NCBI RefSeq assembly: GCF_006345805.1
Contig: NW_021825183.1
Span: forward strand, 1 to 16,366
Reading direction: 5' to 3'
From: Octopus sinensis
Lineage: Eukaryota
DNA length: 16,366 nt
This document shows positions 1 through 9,468 of the stretch, one piece after another. A program made the translations under genes and the position numbers. Position 1 is the first letter of the stretch; the number at the start of each line of letters is the position of its first letter. A model generated the notes under the pieces. It was not told the DNA's origin and searched no databases. It was given only the letters and a program-made list of their open reading frames with translations.

Positions 1-240
1 ACTTGCCTGTGTCCTAGAGGTGTAGTGAACACACTTTGGAACTTTTCGTTCAGTATTTCACTTATCCTCGTGGGATTTTCCTGTGAGAGAGCCATCTTTT
101 TGGAAGAGAGGTCCTATTCTCTCTGGTGCACTGTGGCTGTCTCTTTGGCAAACTTAAAGAAAGCTTTAGGTTTTTTGATTTTATATTTTCTATTACCCAA
201 GCTTCTTTATCTGCTCTCTCCTTTCATGGGACTGATGTAG
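1..240 (-). mobile_element. CR1/L2/Jockey-group LINE ORF2 fragment (linker between endonuclease and RT), frameshifted, runs off the window edge
   Basis: Manual minus-strand translation across frameshifts gives EAWVIENIKS-PKAFFKFAK...IGPLFQKDGSLTG...ISEILNEKFQSVFTT, matching the IKxNPKxFxxY...IGPL...AExLNxxFxSVFT pattern of CR1-like ORF2. Confidence 0.75.
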
Positions 241-249
241 ACTTTTCTC

Positions 250-670
250 ATATGTATGTATTTGTATAACGTGAGGGTGTGTGTATGTGTGTATATATAT
301 GTATGTATGTATGGGTGTATGTATTATGTATGTATGCGGATATGTATGTATATATATATATATATATAATATATATATATGTTGTGTGTGTGTGTGTATG
401 TGTATGTATATGTGTATGTATATATATGTATGTATGTATTTGTATGTAGGTGTATATGTATGTGTGTATATATATTTATTGGTGTATATGTATAGACTAG
501 TCTTCTAAGATTGTAGACATGAATCTGTAGGTATGCGTACGTATGTGTATATACGTGTATGTATGTAGATGTATGTATGTATGAATATAACGCGTGCGTG
601 CGTGTATGTGTATGAGTGTACGAATGAGTGAGTGTGCGTGCTAACGAGTGTGCGTGCGTGAGTGAGTGCT
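250..670. repeat. Compound (TA)/(TG)/(TATG)/(GAGT) microsatellite
   Basis: Directly visible simple repeats. Confidence 0.95.
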
Positions 671-787
671 TGTGCTCAAGTAGAAGATAAAAGGACTAGT
701 TGTTGTAGCCAAGATGCTTGTGACCAGCGGTCAAAGATAAACAAAAGTAATAAATGAAGATAATAAAATTAAAATTAGGGAATGGGT

Positions 788-844
788 TTGTATTTGTATG
801 TGTATATGTGTGTATGTGTAGGTATGAATAGGTACATATATGTA

Positions 845-920
<76 letters not shown>

Positions 921-1134
921 TATATACATATATTTATAAGTATATATGAGTATATAGGGACTTGTGTTTGTGTGGTGCTGTGTGTACGTGGATATATGTG
1001 TGTGTATGTGTGTATGTGTATGTGTGTGTATGTATAATATTTTTTTGTGTATATGTGTATGTGTGGTCGTGTGTGTGTATATATATATACATGTGTGTGT
1101 ATATGTATATGCATGTATATGTGTATGTATATGT

Positions 1135-1184
<50 letters not shown>

Positions 1185-1322
1185 GTGGGTAGATATATGT
1201 ATGTATATGTATGTGTGTGTATATATATATTAATATATATATATATATATATGGGTGTGTGTGTATGTATGTGAGTATGTATATGTGTATGTGTGTGTTA
1301 TATGTATACATATGTGTATAGG
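788..1322. repeat. Compound (TA)n/(TG)n/(TATG)n microsatellite
   Basis: Directly visible; explains the YI/VC/HT-rich ORFs in the track. Confidence 0.95.
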
Positions 1323-1329
1323 TATAAGT

Positions 1330-1680
1330 GAGATTTTCCTATTTACCTAAAACTCTATTCTTCTATATATTTTTTTATTCTCCCTTTTTTTATCTTTTAT
1401 TTATTCTTCTATCTAATTTACCACTGACTCCTTGACCACTCCCCCAAGTATGATTTTTTTGCGCTATGCCTACCCCCAAAAAGTCCCCCACCACCATCCT
1501 TTAAACCTGCCTAAATGTATAAATGCCAATACAATTCTTGTTAACTAGCTTCCTGAAGATTTCTCTTGAATGAAACAGTTCTAGTCCTGTAGAAGCTCCT
1601 TCTATATAATAAATTAATTTTACTCTGCTATGTATTGAGTACCTTATTTACTGTGGTTAACCCCGAATCAACCCGGGACC
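1330..1680 (+). mobile_element. Probable Penelope-like element terminal repeat (pLTR) or retrozyme-like cassette
   Basis: Pyrimidine-rich tract, hammerhead motif (1547-1597) and AATAAA (1608-1613), lying between TA-rich microsatellites. Boundaries approximate. Confidence 0.55.
1547..1597 (+). ncRNA. Type I hammerhead ribozyme (minimal)
   Basis: agcttc-CTGAAGA-t ttc tctt gaa t-GAAA-cag ttctagtc ctg-TA-gaagct: 6-bp stem I, intact core, 3-bp stem II with a U-U at its base, stem III and GUA cleavage triplet (cut after 1591). Confidence 0.75.
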
Positions 1681-1763
1681 TACATATATATATATACACA
1701 TACATACATATATACACACATACATACAAATATATGTGTGTATGTGTGTGTGTGTTATTTTAC

Positions 1764-1989
1764 AAGATAACGAGCTAGTAGACTCATTTCCATGCCAAAT
1801 AAAACGCTTAACGGCAGTCCTTCTGGCTTTACGTTCTGAGTACAACTGCCTCCGATGTCGACTTTGCCCTCCTTCTTTTCGGAGTCTATGTATGTTAAAA
1901 GCTGGCATCGATGTAATTGGTTATCTCCTTCCCACCAAATTTCAGGTCTTGTGCCTACAGTAGAAAGGATTATTATTATTATTATTATT
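1764..1989 (+). mobile_element. tRNA-derived SINE family A, diverged copy with (ATT)n tail
   Basis: Collinear with copies at 3147 and 3363 (gagct.g.aga...acgttctgagt.caa...gtcgactttgcc...aaatttcagg.cttgtgccta..gaaaggattatt). Confidence 0.75.
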
Positions 1990-1999
1990 CGATGAAAAC

Positions 2000-2340
2000 T
2001 CACAGCTTATTTTACTGGGTATGATGGAAAGTGTTAAGCTGCCTAAGGTGACTCTTGTTTACTGGTAATGTTCACAGAACTCTGCGAAGAATTCTTGAAG
2101 TCCAAGCAATGCTGATTTTTGTAGGTGTTCCTTTTTTACATTTACACCAATCTTTTTTAACCATGTTGGTAGTTGAGTGCTGATACTTCCATGTGCGCCA
2201 ATTACTATTGGTACAACGTCTACCCTCTTCAATGACCACAATCTTCGTGTTTCCCACTTCAAATCGTCGTTGTTGTTCAGATTTTCTTCTTTCTCTTAAA
2301 TTCTGTTGTCACCGGTACATGCTATGTCGATTTATCATGC
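2000..2340 (-). mobile_element. R4/Dong-like non-LTR retrotransposon 3' fragment (RLE endonuclease C-terminus plus 3' UTR), degenerate
   Basis: IDIACTGDNRI*EKEE...DDLKWETRRLWSLKRVDVVPIVIGAHGSI...LQKSALLG/TSRILRRVL matches the R4-clade C-terminus (VPIVIGALG...LQKxALLGTARILRxVL). Lies between (TTA)n tracts. Confidence 0.85.
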
Positions 2341-2368
2341 ATTATTATTATTATTATTATTATTATTA

Positions 2369-2448
<80 letters not shown>

Positions 2449-2455
2449 TTATTAT
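2341..2455. repeat. (TTA)n microsatellite
   Basis: Directly visible. Confidence 0.97.
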
Positions 2456-2930
2456 TCAGTAGTTTTATTTTTATAGCGTGCTTTCACTTCACTACCGAGC
2501 GCAGCTCTATGTGCCTTAGTATGTGCTGTGATTTGTTGTGATGCTCTGATGGTTATTGTATGGAAAGTGTTCTGCGTAGGATGTTGCAGTGCCTAGTAGT
2601 GCAATTTTCTGTATGTTATATGTGTTGTAAGTCTGGTGTTTTGGTTATGTATTTGTCTGAATATTTTTTTATCATGCCTAATGCACCTACTATGATAGGA
2701 ATTGTTTCTGTTTTTAGACTCCACATTCTAGTTACCTCCATTTCCAGGTCTTTGTATTTTGAGAGTTTCTCCATTTCTTTTAGAGACACGTTGTCATCTG
2801 CCGGTATTGATACATCAATTAGAGAGCATTTTTTTTCTTCATGATCTCTGACAACTATATCTGGTCTGTTGGCCTTAATTTCTCTATCTGTGTGTATCGG
2901 CATATCCCTGAGTATGGTTGCTTTCTCGTT
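2456..2930 (-). mobile_element. R4/Dong-like non-LTR retrotransposon, 5'-truncated copy (RLE domain plus 3' UTR) in (TAA)n
   Basis: ORF 2616-2903 contains IHTDREIKANRPDIVVRD...CSLIDVSIP...EKLSKYKDL...IPIIVGALG (PD..D/K RLE motif), continuing after frameshifts as IQKIALLGTA..LRRTLSIQ*. A ~100-nt 3' UTR runs directly into (TAA)n, with (TAA)n on both sides. Confidence 0.92.
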
Positions 2931-2946
2931 TTATTATTATTATTAC

Positions 2947-2991
<45 letters not shown>

Positions 2992-3029
2992 CATTATCAT
3001 CATCATCATCATCATCATTATAATCATTA
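2931..3029. repeat. (TTA)n/(TCA)n microsatellite
   Basis: Directly visible. Confidence 0.97.
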
Positions 3030-3146
3030 TAGACGTCGCACAGTATACAACAATATCGTGAGGTTGATTGAAGATACTGTGTCTACCGGGGATTCGTACT
3101 GTTTGTCAAGTCACAATAAGAACCTCAGGTAGACAGTACTCTACGC

Positions 3147-3362
3147 AAGGCGGCGAACTGGCAGAATTGTTAACACGCTCGTCGCTACGTGCTGAGTTCA
3201 AATTTCGCCTAGGTTGACTTTGTCTTTTATCCTTTCGGGGTCGATAAATTAAGTACCAGTCGCATACAGGGATCGATCTAATCGACTGGCCCCCTCCGCC
3301 AAAATTTCAGGCCTTGTGCCTATAGGAGAAAGGATTTTATTATTATTATTATTATTATTATT
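3147..3362 (+). mobile_element. SINE family A with internal deletion and (ATT)n tail
   Basis: aaggcggcgaactggcagaa (A-box-like TGGCAGAA), gagttcaaatt (B-box-like), central cctttcggggtcgataaattaagtaccag; homologous to the adjacent copy. Confidence 0.9.
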
Positions 3363-3602
3363 AAAGCGGTGAGCTGGCAGAATCGTTAGCACGCCAAGCA
3401 AAATGCTTGGAGGCATTTCGTCCGTCACTACGTTCTGAGTTCAAATTCCGCCGAGGTCGACTTTACGTTTCATTTTTTTTCGGGTTCAATAAAATAAGTA
3501 CCAGTTGAACAATGGGGTGATGTAATCAACTCATCCTCTCCTCAAAAATTTCTGCCCTTGTGACAAAACTTGGAACCATTATCATTATTATCATTATTAT
3601 TA
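3363..3602 (+). mobile_element. SINE family A, full-length, alternative 3' tail
   Basis: gcggtgagctggcagaatcgttagc...gagttcaaattcc (A and B boxes), central module, (ATT/ATC)n tail. Confidence 0.9.
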
Positions 3603-3619
3603 ATGAACCTTCATTAAGT

Positions 3620-4940
3620 TCATGGAAATTTGTACTTATTTTTTTAAATATGAATTAGATGGTTTTGAGGCTCAAGTCCTTTCATACACCCCTCGAATAT
3701 TTGATAGAATTAAAAGCGAGAGCAACAGGAAATATTTCCCATTTGTTACAACGAAGTTAAATGATTCACAGCTTGACACTGAATGCTTAAAAAAATTCGT
3801 GTATAAGAGTTGCCCGAAAATCTGTAGTTGCCGCAAGACCAATTCAAGAATTTCCAGGAATTATAATTTGACGTTGTTTGAATTATTGATTATATTAATG
3901 ATATAAATGAGATCAATGAAATGAGCGATACCATGATTATTTTCCAAGATTTATACCATTTATGTTATTTATGCTATTTTCCATTATTCTAATAATGTTA
4001 GAATAATGAACTACTTCATGAAATAGTCAAAATCAACTGCAACATTTATTTCATATTATTTTTATTCATTCGTTGGTTTCCGATGTTTTAATTTAATTTA
4101 TATTTTCTATTCATTGATTTATTTATTTTCTCTCAAATCTACTAAAACGGTTTGGCGGATTTCCCATTTCTTTGTTTGTTTTTTTTTTCTTTCTTCAAAG
4201 TTAAGGAAATTTCTGTCGCAGAAGAAAAAAAGAAGCGTTTGTTGAAAAAACGTATTTATGATAGTCTTGCATTTATTTATCATCATGTTAAATGAACTTG
4301 TTTTATCATTAGATACACTTCAAGGAAGACAATTGAGCTTCGCAAAGGCAGACAAATTTATCAAGCGTACAACTGCTTGCTTTATACATTTATAACCCAC
4401 TTTTTGTTTGCATGAAAATAAGATTAATGAACTGACACAAAGTGATGCTTCCAAATGAATGGAGTTTAAAGAAAGTTTAAGGTTTAAATGACAGCCACAA
4501 GAATAATTAATAGCGTGCATAATTGATAAAATGAAGGCAAGATTATTAAATGAAGAACAGATTGTGTTAAAAGATCAAAACGATTCTTTCAGGACTGGTT
4601 ATGTCACACCTAAGATTATCGAATTAGTAACGGTTTTTTGATTCTCTTAATGAAACATTGAAGAGTTCAAAGTTATTTAATAACTTATAGAAGAGTAGCT
4701 GCATTATTTAAGTGAATTAAATATTTAATCATTTAAATTAAATCAAATTATTTTGTGAATGTATAAAATAGAAATCAATGGCAAAAACATATTTCTACAA
4801 GAAGAATAAGAAAAGCTAAACAAATTATGAACACAACTTCAGAAAGATTTATCAACAACAATAACATGAAAGTAAGCTAATCTTGACTGGACAGCGTTGC
4901 TTCCAAGGTCATAAGCTACAGTGGAAAGCACTAAGAGACA
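3620..4940 (+). pseudogene. Highly decayed hAT-superfamily transposase (ZNF862-like) fossil
   Basis: Ordered frame fragments: LIELKA; ARKSVVAARPIQEFPGIII*RCLNY*L at about 3810-3895 (cf. GRKSGVA..L...FP.II.WHCLNHRL); LNELVLSLDTLQGRQLSFAKADKFIKRT at about 4288-4372; IIDKMKARLLN at about 4520-4552; IRKAKQIMNT at about 4807-4836. Many stops and indels; no TIRs found. Confidence 0.62.
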
Positions 4941-5140
4941 AACTTTAACTGCTGAAGTTCCCTCATCTGACGTAAACCCTAGGAAAGAACAATTCATCAA
5001 TAAGTCAAATTCCCAGAGAACATTCTAAATAACTTAGTCAAAAATATTTCACTTAGCCGATCAATCCTTTTATCTAGCAAAAAAATTTCGTCATTTTTTT
5101 TATCAGCTGGAGACAACGAGACATTTACATGATTCACTGC

Positions 5141-5141
5141 G

Positions 5142-5182
<41 letters not shown>

Positions 5183-5204
5183 TAATAATAATAATAATAA
5201 TAAT

Positions 5205-5240
<36 letters not shown>

Positions 5241-5271
5241 TAATAATAATGATAATAAAGATAAAATAATG

Positions 5272-5303
<32 letters not shown>

Positions 5304-5373
5304 AATAATAATGATAATAATAATAATAAAATGATAATAATAATAATGATAACAATAATAATAATAATAATTA

Positions 5374-5407
<34 letters not shown>

Positions 5408-5446
5408 CAATAATACAATAACAATACAATAACAATAATAATATTA

Positions 5447-5540
<94 letters not shown>

Positions 5541-5578
5541 TAATAATAATAATGATAATGATAATAATAATAATGACA
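5141..5578. repeat. Long (TAA)n/(TGA)n microsatellite
   Basis: Directly visible, about 440 bp. Confidence 0.97.
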
Positions 5579-5707
5579 ATGTCCATTACTAATTTTGAAT
5601 TCATAATTTTAAATATCCCAGCTGAATATTCTTACTACCCTCTTACCTTTTCCTCCAATTTTACATCTCTGAAATTAACATAACATACATTTTATTTTCA
5701 CAACCTG

Positions 5708-5752
5708 TATTCCGAAGAGTCTCAACAGTGAACAGGCTTAGGCCTGTCAATG
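5708..5752 (+). ncRNA. Degenerate type I hammerhead-like motif in a probable Penelope-like pLTR remnant (about 5580-5770)
   Basis: tatt-CCGAAGA-gtctcaacagt-GAA-caggc ttag gcctg-TC-aatg: perfect 5-bp stem III, GUC triplet, 4-bp stem I. Core has U4>C and lacks one A of GAAA. AATAAA at 5761-5766, then (TA)n. Confidence 0.5.
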
Positions 5753-5770
5753 TGGACTTTAATAAATTGA

Positions 5771-5879
5771 ATATATATATATATATATACATATATATAC
5801 GTACATACATATCAATGTGTGTGTGTATACATGCACACATAAACCTATTCATATGCAAATGTGTGTATATGTATGTATG

Positions 5880-5927
<48 letters not shown>

Positions 5928-6035
5928 TATATATATATATATGCATACATTAGTAGACGTAAATGTATTCATTTACAATGCATACATGTGTATATATATG
6001 CGCCAATATGTTTTTCTACATATGTATACATGTGT
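5771..6035. repeat. (TA)n-rich compound microsatellite
   Basis: Directly visible. Confidence 0.9.
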
Positions 6036-6109
6036 GATCTTTTAGTTTTATTCTCATCAATAGAGAAAGAGTTATTCTCCATCTAGAAACAAGGTTCTTC
6101 AGTTGTCTG

Positions 6110-6240
6110 CACACACACACATACACACAATTATATATATAGTTATATAGATAGATATAGATATATTCTTACATACATGAATGCATACATACATATGTAC
6201 ATACATATATACATACATACATACATACATACATACATAA

Positions 6241-6274
<34 letters not shown>

Positions 6275-6846
6275 CATAATACATACATACATACATACAT
6301 ACATACATACATACATACATAATACATACATACATACATACATACATACCTAATAATACATACATACATAATACATACATACATACATACATACATAATA
6401 CATACATACATACATACGTACATACATACATACATACATACTACATACATAATACATACATACATACATACATACATACATACATACATAATACATAATA
6501 CATACATACATCATACATACATACATACATACATACATACATAATACATACATACATACATACATACATACTATACTACATACATACATACGTACATACA
6601 TACATCATACATACATACATACATACATAATACAACATACATACATACATACATCATACATAATACATACATACATACATACATACATACATACATAATA
6701 CATACTACATACATACATCATACATACATACATAATACATACATACATACATACATACATACATAATACATACATACATACATAATACATACATACATAC
6801 ATACATACATACATACATACATACATACATACACACATACATACAT
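6110..6846. repeat. Long interrupted (TACA)n microsatellite
   Basis: About 700 bp of tacatacat with frequent single-base drop-outs; source of the MYVC ORFs. Confidence 0.97.
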
Positions 6847-7180
6847 AGGCTCAATTAATATTCGTGGGCACAAGTATCCGGCTGCATTTGTGACTATGTA
6901 TATTTTCCTTTATTTGTATGTACACATAACTGTTTTCTTGTGTGGACGTGCATACCTGAAAAGGCATAAACACACTAAATTTCTGGAATGTTTTGCATAT
7001 TTTATATTTCCGTAAATGGTTGGTAATTCTGATTTTCTAATACGTCGTGTTCTTTCTGTTTTTTTATGAAACACGGATTTTGGAGATTGATGCAGCGGCA
7101 ATTACTTATATAACTAAGTATTTTAACGCCCCTGCCATTAAATACAAGAATAAATCTAAAACTGTAATCCAGATATAACA

Positions 7181-7398
7181 TCTCTTTTACTCTTTTACTC
7201 TTTTACTTGTTTCAGTCATTTGACTGCAGCCATGCTGGAGCACCGCCTTTAGTCGAGCAAATCGACCCGGGACTTATTCTTTGTAAGCCCAGTACTTATT
7301 CTATCGGCCTCTTTTGCCGAACCGCTAGGTGACTGGGACGTAAACACACCAGCATCGGTTGTCAAGCAAATGCTAGGGGGACAAACACAGTCACACAA

Positions 7399-7431
<33 letters not shown>

Positions 7432-7580
7432 CATATATACGACAGGCTTCTTTCAGTTTCCGTCCACCAAATCCACTCACAAAGCATTGGTCGGCCCGGG
7501 GCTATAGCCGAAGACACTTGCCCAAGATGCCACGCAGTTGGACTGAACCCGGAACCATGTGGTTGGTTAGGAAGCTACTT
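7181..7580 (-). mobile_element. tRNA-derived SINE family B, main body (5' head displaced to 9469-9506)
   Basis: Reverse complement of the copies at 13753 and 15590: B box (ggactgaacc, 7540-7549), internal TA/CA microsatellite and (AAAAGAGT)n tail at 7181-7206. Confidence 0.93.
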
Positions 7581-7753
7581 TATTTCAAAACATTTGCCAT
7601 AAAGGCAGTACACAGATTAAGTTAGCTTTGCGGGCTGGACGAGGACATTAATGAGGTGAATGATAATGAAAGAAAGATGATAAGGATGGGAGAAGACAAA
7701 AAGCGCCCGCCGACTTTCGCTTCTCTAAAACATTGTTCTTTTTAAAGATAAAC

Positions 7754-7877
7754 ACAAAACGAGGTATTAACCTCTTACAATTTTTCCATTTTTGGACTTA
7801 GCAGTCCATTATTAATACAAAACGAGGTATTAATCCTCTTACAATTTTTCATTTTTGGACTTAAGTCCATTACTAAT
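7754..7877. repeat. Two-copy tandem repeat of about 62 bp in the element's 3' UTR
   Basis: acaaaacgaggtattaa(t)cctcttacaatttttc(c)atttttggactta(gc)agtccatta(t/c)taat at 7754-7816 and 7817-7877. Confidence 0.95.
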
Positions 7878-9111
7878 AATACATATCGTCCTCGAAATAG
7901 CTTGTGCACGCGCCCTCCACCATCACCACGCCTCCCTCAGAACGTAATCAAGTTCCGAGTTCGCGTCGCCCGGGACCAAGTTAAATCTTCATTGAGCTCC
8001 TTTAGCCCAAGCGTCACGTCGAACGCCACGCCTCCACAGCTACCTGCGAGGCCATTCGGGGTCCTGTGTGAAGACTAAAGGTGCCCCTTGTAGTGCTCTT
8101 CCATCACTTTTTCAATTTCTCCTCCTCTATAGAAGAGGACCAATACGTTCAGTTCTTTCGTTGGCGGCACAGTTCCCGCCAACGGTATTCCTTCTCTTGT
8201 CGGTGGCACAACCCCAACCGACGTAGTTCCGGGACATTCCGGTGCTACACTGACAGCCGGTAATGTCCCGTTTTTCTTCCTCTTTTTCTTTTTTTTCCCT
8301 TTTCAACTGAGGGAGGGTGCGTCTCCTCCGTGGCTGGAAGATTCGCCTTCCTCTCCTCATCCCTATTATCCTTTGGTGAGCACCCATTGTTGCTCACCTT
8401 CCTCTTTCGGCCTCTGTTTGAGGAGTCCTCTGCTTCTCGGCCGTTATCGTTCCCTCTTCTAGAGGGGTTTTACTTAACTGTTCCGGGATCCTATTTTGTT
8501 CCCGAGGACAGTTCTTCTTTATGTGGCCGGACTCCAAGCGCCGATGACACTTAGGGGGGCGACCCTCAAGCATCACCGGGTACCTGCACCCGGCCATTTT
8601 CAAAAAATCTGGAAGAACCAGATTGGCTGATTGGGTCCACAGGGTCAAATTACTTTTGACCCAACCCAAGCAGCCGCAGGAAGAACTTTTACATTGAGGA
8701 GCTTAGTTTCGCTGTCACCCAGACCCCGGCGGATAGTCTCCTCTATCCACTCGGGTTCTATGTCGGTGCAAAATCCGCAAATCCAAGCTTTCACATCAAT
8801 TTCTTTTTTTTGTACGTGGGCAGGAATAAGATTTCCTTACCCTCCAGGGTTTGCTAGCAAATTTGCAAGCCTCTTCAGGGGTGTCAAATAGCACCCACAC
8901 CGTTTGCAATATTTGACACCCCTGGAAATGAATTTAATTGTTGGCAAATACTCTTCCAACTCCTCCTCATTGCCGTCTTTTCGAATAGGGCGATGGTGTC
9001 GAGTGCCTTGGAGTAGGTTCTCAACACCACCGTCCTATCTTCACGGTCTTTTAACCACTTTTTAGGTGGTATGATTTCCCACTCCAAAATTTTGTTATTT
9101 TTCATTGCCAT
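7873..9111 (-). pseudogene. Frameshifted LINE ORF1-like protein (about 400 aa): RRM-like region, CCHC knuckle, basic/charged tail
   Basis: Stitched frames: DRTVVLRTYSK...EELEEYLPTIKFISRGVKY / TVWVLFDTPEEACKFASK / LEGKEILFLPTY / VKAWICGFCTDIEPEWIEETI... / LPDFLKMAGCRYPVMLEGRPPKCHRRLESGHIKKNCP (knuckle 8508-8549, second Cys is CGC instead of TGC) ...YFEDDMYY* ending at 7873. Confidence 0.7.
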
Positions 9112-9468
9112 GTTTTTTCTAAAATATATTCAAATTAAACTCAAAAAGCAGGAAGAAAAAAGTAAAAAACGGTAATTTTAACAGTAACTGTATTGAATTT
9201 CGAGGATACGCCCCTCCACTGTTTTTTCTTTTTTTTTCAATGAACACAAAAACGGCAGCCGCCGAGAGCAGGCGAAATTGTCTCAGAGTTGGACACAACT
9301 TACTGAAATAATAATTGGCACGCAATAAATTATGCCCAACTCACAATAAACAAAATCACTTACCTCGACAACTTTCCGTTTTTGGTCTTTTTTCTTTAAT
9401 TGGACGGAGCTGGTTGATTCTCGTCCACTCTGGCTGAACAGGAAGCAACTGACTAACTGCGCATGTGC

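Larger units (their letters stand above)
7581..9468 (-). mobile_element. ORF1-only L1/Tx1-like non-autonomous retroelement (HAL1-like) with 15-bp TSD
   Basis: Flanked by gttaggaagctactt (7566-7580) and gttagcaagctactt (9469-9483). Carries a frameshifted gag-like ORF with a zinc knuckle and no recognisable EN/RT. The 3' end forms AATAAA at the TSD junction. Confidence 0.78.

Noticed and set aside
281-1311. ORFs rich in YI/VC/HT, and similar ones at 4997-6838, 9683-10886 and 13594-16216
   Set aside because: Translations of stop-free microsatellite frames, not genes.
3622-3906. 94-aa ORF as a host gene
   Set aside because: Better explained as one frame of the decayed hAT transposase; no splice or expression support.
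6847-7180. Possible DNA-transposon end or exon
   Set aside because: No matching TIR, TSD or recognisable coding motif.
7754-7877. CRISPR-like repeat
   Set aside because: Only two adjacent units without spacers, in eukaryotic DNA.
8876-8924. hAT MITE insertion
   Set aside because: No 8-bp TSD (agcctctt versus gaaatgaa), and the arms fit the surrounding reading frame.
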